A stretch of DNA of 64,000 nucleotides from the human T2T-CHM13v2.0 reference genome, Homo sapiens: the NCBI RefSeq assembly GCF_009914755.1, contig NC_060936.1. One strand, written 5' to 3'. Made by a program: the position numbers and the translations under genes. Below are positions 56,111 through 64,000 of this stretch, piece after piece; position 1 is the first letter of the stretch; each line of letters opens with the position of its first letter. Under the pieces are notes generated by a model. That model had not been told where the DNA came from. It searched no databases and saw only the letters and a list, made by a program, of their open reading frames with translations.

Positions 56111-57455
56111 TAGAATTCTTCTAATCTCAACTTTTAAAAGAATTTATTAACATTTCAGGTCAAATGCCTCAAATGTTGAAATCTCATATTTTAATTCTTT
56201 GAGATGAAGTGTTTTCCCCAGCATTTCTTTTTTTTTTTTATTTAGATTTAGTCTTAACTCGCATCAAGGTTTATAAAAAATGATATTTCTATTTCATGAG
56301 CATGGACAGAATGTGTTGAAGCCTCCCTGCAGGAAAATTATGAGCAGAGGTAAAAATCCTTGCAGCATTCTTAGCTCCTTAGCTGTAGTGTCTCTTAGTG
56401 AAATGTTGCATATAAGGAATGCTAATTAAGGAGGCTGGGAGAAAAGAGATGCCACCTTTCCAAACACAACATTTCAAAAACAAGTATTACTAACATGGTG
56501 GTTTTATGAAGCACTTGAATCTTACATAAGTATGGCTTGTTTTTTGTTTCCTAAAAAAAGACTGCATTTGAGCAAACCAAAACCCGAGTAATTTAAATCA
56601 TGAATTTCAGAGAAAAAAGTTTTGCATCTAGCTAGGAACTTAATAAAATATAAGTTTTCAAATACTTTTTTTTTCTATTTTAAAATCAGGTACACTGCTA
56701 TTTGCAAAATCTCTAGTCAAGTAGAAGCAGAAAAAGACCGTCTTAATTTTAAAAGAGTAACCCTGCTCCCATTTATGAGGATTTTTGCAGGGAGAAAGAT
56801 TTTATAAGATATTCACTTCAATACAAAAGGGCTTAAATTCAAGAGTATTTAAACTTTGAATTTCAACTTATCCCTTGGAATGGCCTCATGGCTAATTTCT
56901 TGTCTATATACAAGGTCAAATAGATGTATGTCTTTGGTTAATTTGGACTGACTGCCAAGCAATTTATTAGGAAGCTGGAGGATCTAAATTGATCATGAAG
57001 ACAACAGAATAAATGGGCTTTGTCTGATTACTTCCGTTTACCTGATGATTAAATCCTGCCTGCAGAAAATTTATGTGACTTCCAAATAACACAGAGAGAC
57101 AGAGAGACAACCCCATGACACACTATTTAAAACTCTTATCTTCATTAAATGAAAAAAAATCAATTTCAAAAGTACCTTTTGTTCTTTATGTCTTTGTTAA
57201 ATTACGTCTGAGGAAGTAAAAGAGCTTCTTGTTGCCGTACTTCCTGGTCTATTGTCATATATCCCACAGTTGGAGACTTTTTGCAAGATGGGTAATTTGG
57301 ATATCAAATATGAGAAATTATAAGTGCCTTTAGCAGATACTGCTTTTCCAAGAGTTCAGTGTGATCTTGGATAAAAATTTGGGCAGATGGCTTCCTTTGG
57401 AGGCTTATACATTGTTTTCCACAAAATGTAGTTGATGGAGACCAGAGAAGCATTG

Positions 57456-57457
<2 letters not shown>

Positions 57458-57486
<29 letters not shown>

Positions 57487-57767
57487 GAGACGGAGTCTCA
57501 CTCTGTCGCCCAGGCCAGAGTGCAGTGGCGTGATCTCGGCTCACTGCAACATCTGCCTCCTGGGTTCACGCCATTCTCCTGCCTCAGCCTTCTGAGTAGC
57601 TGGGACTACTGGCACACGCCGCCACGCTCAGCTAATTTTTTGTATTTTTAGTAGAGGCAGGGTTTCACTGTGTTAGCCAGGATGGTCTCGATCTCCTGAC
57701 CTCGTGATCTGCCCGCCTCAGCCTCCCGAAGTGCTGGGATTACAGGCGTGAGCCACCGCACCCGGCC
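57458..57767 (-). mobile_element. AluY
   Basis: Y diagnostics gggttcacgccattctcc and gttagccaggatggtctcgatctcctgacctcgtgatc. Confidence 0.95.
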
Positions 57768-58119
57768 CAGAGAGGCAATTTTTAAGATGAAAAAAAAAAA
57801 AAGATTCTCTCCAACTCTCTTTGCCCAGCCTGCCAATGCTCCCATTTTCACAGCACCCAGGCCAGCCAAGACCTAACCTTATGCAGAAAAAGGAACAATG
57901 CTTTAACTAGGCACAGAGTTCTATTACTTTTGCTACCTAATATGCAAAACACTAAAGGAAGAGGGCTTATTAAAGAACCGCAGCATGTTTTGTAAAAGTT
58001 GGTCACTGAGTCTTTGACAGAACTGCTACAGTACTACAGTTCTAAGTCCCTACTGGCAGCTTCTATTTTGAGAGTCATGCCTTGATGGGAGCTACAAACA
58101 ATGCAGCCCACAGTAGTAC

Positions 58120-59480
<1,361 letters not shown>

Positions 59481-60539
59481 CTCTGGGAGTACTACTTTCT
59501 ATGCATCTGCTGGGTTTAGCCTCTTGGAGTGTTGAGAAAAAGTGGGCAAGGGAGGACAAAGAACCCTCACATGGGCACTGAGCTGGGTGTTTTCCTTTTT
59601 ACTGTGTTTAATCCCCACGGACTATGAGTTTGATATTGTTATCCCTGTTTACAGGTGGGGAAACTGGGGCTCAAGATGACACATTAGCGAGGTGGCAGAG
59701 CCCACATTAAAAACACGTATCTTTCTGCCACAAAGCCTGAGCTTTTTCCCCCCCTCCATCCATCAAATTGCCTCCTCCATTAAAATGAACATTTGGAATA
59801 TGATATATTCCATATTTAGAAGGCTCGGGGGTGCAGGGTGAGTACTTTGCAAAGGAACCAAAGCCTAACTTCTGTTAACTTTCTGCTTCATCGATACTCC
59901 AAATCTGTCTTCCTCATTCACAGAGTCCCTATGAGGATCCAAAAAGATGTGAGAAATCTTTTGAAAAATATAAAGCGTTCTATAAAAACAAGGTGATATC
60001 AAAAATGAGAAGAAAAATATGTTCAGATTCTTGTTAAGGAATTCTAGAACACTGTAAAAGATGACAGAAGCTGGATACTGTCTTAGGACCATTTGACTGG
60101 CAACAGCCTCTTTCCAACTATGGTTCAGGGAGCAGGTTGAGGTTTTTCTGTCTTTAGGGGTCAGTCTTCCTAAAATATGAAAACCCGGGTTTGAGGTATG
60201 GGGAAAGAATGAATTTTGCCTTCCAAAGGCAGAGTTTACAACTTGACGGCTTTCACTCCTCTTTCAAAAATAAACCTAAATTCCTATCAGTTGTCTGCAG
60301 AGTTCCATCAGGGACTTGGTAGAGTGGCCCCTAACTGGGGAGCAGGAATTATATGTGCTTCCTCCTTGTTCTGCAAAGCCTCTGAACACCACCGAGGGCC
60401 CATGGAGAGCGTGATGATGTGTCTCTTGGCCCATCACAACGTAAGCATGCTGAGCAGAGGCTCTATCCCACATCCTCACTGTAGCCACAGTGTCCAGCAG
60501 GAAGGGGCTCACTGTATGTAACTACAAGAACTTTCGGTG

Positions 60540-60870
60540 TTTGCATTCTTCCCTTTGCTCTTTAAATGGCTGGCTTCTTCTTCCCACTCAGTTTTCAGCT
60601 TAGGTGCCACGCTGGGAGAGGCCTCCTGTGACTGCCCTAGTTAAATAGATCCCCCCTGCTACTCTCTATCACTGCACTCTGTCATTTTTCATGTGGTTCC
60701 TTTCAGAATTTATAATCACACATTTGCTTGTTTGGTTATCTGTGCCTCCCTCTCAAACCAGACTGTAGGCTTGAGGGCACAAAGCATGTCAACTCTATTC
60801 AGCCCAGCATCTAGCATGGGGCTGGCATGTGGTAGGCATTCAGGGTCTAACTGTTGTTTTAATGAACAAA
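60540..60870 (+). mobile_element. L2 3' end fragment
   Basis: tctgtgcctccctctcaaaccagactgtaggcttgagggca...cccagcatctagcatggggctggcatgtggtaggcattca...aatgaacaaa. Confidence 0.65.
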
Positions 60871-61875
60871 CAGACCTAAACCTGAGATGGTGGGACAACC
60901 GACAGGAAAGCAGAAGGCCCCCTCAGCACTCGGGGGCTGTTGTTCCATAATCAGGCTTCATTATGATCTGGGACCAGGGATGGAGCCGTGGATTGGCTCA
61001 CATGTGGACTGGGCCCACCCCTCTGGACTCATCAGCAAGACATGCAAACCACATGAGTCAATGGTCCACACACAGCCCCAAAGGAGAAGAACACAAGTAT
61101 CACTATTCCTCAACTTTGGAGTAGGTTCCTTGGTCTCCTAGTTAAATATGCATGGCACATAAAAATAATTGTGCAGACAGAAGGACTCACAGTTGCTTAA
61201 TGTAGACCAGGAAAGTGTTTGAACCATTCAGTGGGTGGTGCGACTCCTAGGGGAAACCAGCCACGGGTGGGAATAGAAACTACTCCAGGAAATGGTACTG
61301 TATGGAACAATTTACATATTTTGGGGCATGGGAAGTTTTGGAAATGCATTTGTTCTCCTCCATATCTACCACTGAAATAAATCCTTGAGATTTAAAATGA
61401 GTAGATGATATTTAGTAATATGACTGAAAAATCACATAGGACTCATTTATGAGCCAGGCTTTATGCGCAATTTACAACCTGTATGGAAAGCAACACCATC
61501 CCCTGTTTTACAAAGAAGGAAACAAGTTCAGGGAGGTTATGCAAGTCTGTTAGATTTTAACACTTGCACTCCCTTCACCATGGAGCCAAAGCCTAGACTT
61601 AATTGTTTAGAATATCATTCTAAATTGCTTTTTGCAATGTCATTTCTTATGCATTTCTTACACACCTTTTAGGTGCCAGGAACGTATTTCTAAAGGCAGG
61701 ATAGCATTGCAGAAATGCTAGCCTCCAAGAGATGGGGTGTATTTTCCATTGAGAAGCAGAATTAGGGGAAGGGTAGTTTTACCTCCTCAGTGTCAACTGA
61801 AATGGCAGTCATTCAACATTTCACTCATTTCCCATCAGACAATTTTAATCTGAATAAAGTTTTTAAAAATCTCTT

Positions 61876-62182
<307 letters not shown>

Positions 62183-63329
62183 TCTCTTAAGAAACCATCT
62201 CCTTACAAATTCCCTTCTTGCAAAATACTTATTTTTCAGTAAATATCTTCGTTGACAATTCTAACAAAGGTACTCAAATTCTATATCCTGGCTATGCCTG
62301 TCAAGAGAGTTGAAGGAGGCAGTGGCCATATTTAGAGGGCCAAAACCTGTTCTTCTGGTGGTATATTTTGCTGATCTGCTGATCTTGAAGGACTCCAGTG
62401 CCTTAAATTTACCCACATGTCATTTATTGCTGCCTAATGTGCTTATTCATTATTTTTTGAAAATAGAAGCATATTCGGAAACATATTTAATTTTACGATG
62501 TTAAAAATGATCACTTCTGGTTCTTCACCAGAACTATATGGAGTACCTGGAATACAGTAGGTACTCAGTAAGTACACTATTAATAAATGAAGAAAATATA
62601 CGCAGGATAAAATAAACTGTTTTTCATAATTCTATCCATATATGATTTTTAGGATTGTACTGGCTTAAAAGCTGGGACTATACAAATACATCATCAATGT
62701 GAAAAGCTGGGAAAATGGGAATGCGAAAATCAAACTGGCTCTTGGCCAGTGATTTTTTTTAAAAAAACAAGGTCTTCAAATGTTTGTAAACTGCAAAATG
62801 TCCTTGTTGTCCTTCTCCCTTTTTTTTTACTACTGGCATTGTCATACAAACTTTGTGTCTCTTCCAAATTAGTCTGTTGTTTGGGATCCTTAACTACGGA
62901 GAGTGTCAACTGTGCGTCTCCAAGACAAACAGGTTGATGCGCTGTCTTTCTCAGACCTATGCTTTAAAGCCCAGGCTAGGGTCATGCTCTGAGACTAGAG
63001 CATTCTGACTTTCTCTGGTCTGCTCTTTTCTGGTCCTTGATTTTCTTATCTGAATCATGGGGTGTCCATTGTTTAGACGGAAGGTTGCAAATATAAATTA
63101 AATAATTCCTCAGCAAACAATATCTTTCTGTGAGGTGCATATATCAGTGGCTAGGAAAATATCTGAGGCCTGCTACATCATGGTTTAGTGAATAATTTGC
63201 ATTTTATGATGTATATACAGTGTAGCTATGAATAATCTGCCAGAAATTATAGCTATACATATATAAGCCATACACTCACTAATGGTAACCCATTCTCCTT
63301 ATTTTTGAACCCATTCTCGGTACCAGTAA

Positions 63330-63520
63330 TAGAGAGCTCACTGGCTTTGATTTGAGGCAGACCTAGGTTTGAATCCTAGCTCTAATATGTACAGGTTGAA
63401 TCTCAGGGAAAGAATTCATCTTTCTCAGCTTTAGTTTCTTCATCTGTGAAATGGAGATAATACCAACTTCATAGGCCTATTGAAGGCATTTAATGTGTTG
63501 ATTATATGCATGAAGACTGA
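63330..63520 (+). mobile_element. MIR
   Basis: gacctaggtttgaatcctagctct...agtttcttcatctgtgaaatggagataata. Confidence 0.72.
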
Positions 63521-64000
63521 TTTGTTAACAAACAGATGATTTCATGTGTGTGTGCATGAGTTGGGTGCAGCCTTAATAAGTGTTCCCCTTCTCTTCTGTT
63601 TTGCTATTTAATGTGATGGTGAGGAGAGTGGTCAGTGTTTGTCTGTCTCTTCCTTCTAGAAGTTAGGGTGGCATAAGATGAGGATATGGGGGACAGCAGC
63701 CTCAGGGAGATACTGAATAACCTCTGGGAGCCTAGGAGGACAGATGCTTGACACTAGCTGGGGACAAAAAAGGAAGAGCCCAAACAGTTTTTAAAGCAGA
63801 ATCTTCTGTGTCTAGAAGAATCAATAGGAAGGTGCATCATCAAAAGAACTAGAGAACACAAATGACAGGGTATGACATGAGTGTTCACTTTCATTAAGTA
63901 AACACTGCTGGGGTTTACTTAATACCTGGTGAGAGGGAAAAAAAGCAGTATTACTCCACAAACATTTGTTAAAATATCAACTATGTGAGCAAGCCATACA

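Overview
Human genomic DNA, supported by about 19 Alu elements including a human-specific AluYb8, plus L1, L2, MIR, LTR and DNA-transposon relics. The window lies entirely inside the 3' half of ANKS1B (AIDA-1, a postsynaptic SAM-SAM-PTB scaffold), transcribed on the minus strand. Five coding exons with canonical AG/GT boundaries can be read and joined in frame: 39102-38995 (end of SAM2), 36307-36128, 14866/14863-14792 (NAGNAG cassette exon), 8077-7949 and 5956-5885 (start of the PTB domain). The rest is intron, with an antisense processed pseudogene of RSL24D1 (about 1376-2657) abutting an Alu tail. Nearly all ORFs in the supplied track are repeat-derived or chance ORFs. I see no evidence of a wholly new gene system. 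The best leads are regulatory or structural: a candidate alternative start exon (MASTM) spliced in frame to the 36307 exon, an NxxY motif upstream of the gene's own PTB domain, a twin-octamer/E-box/G4 cluster, a possible recursive splice site, a 54-bp AT-rich palindrome, a twin-primed L1 inversion, a three-arm Alu within one target-site duplication (TSD), and a sense-strand bias of Alus. Repeat family calls are from memory of consensus sequences, and their boundaries are approximate.
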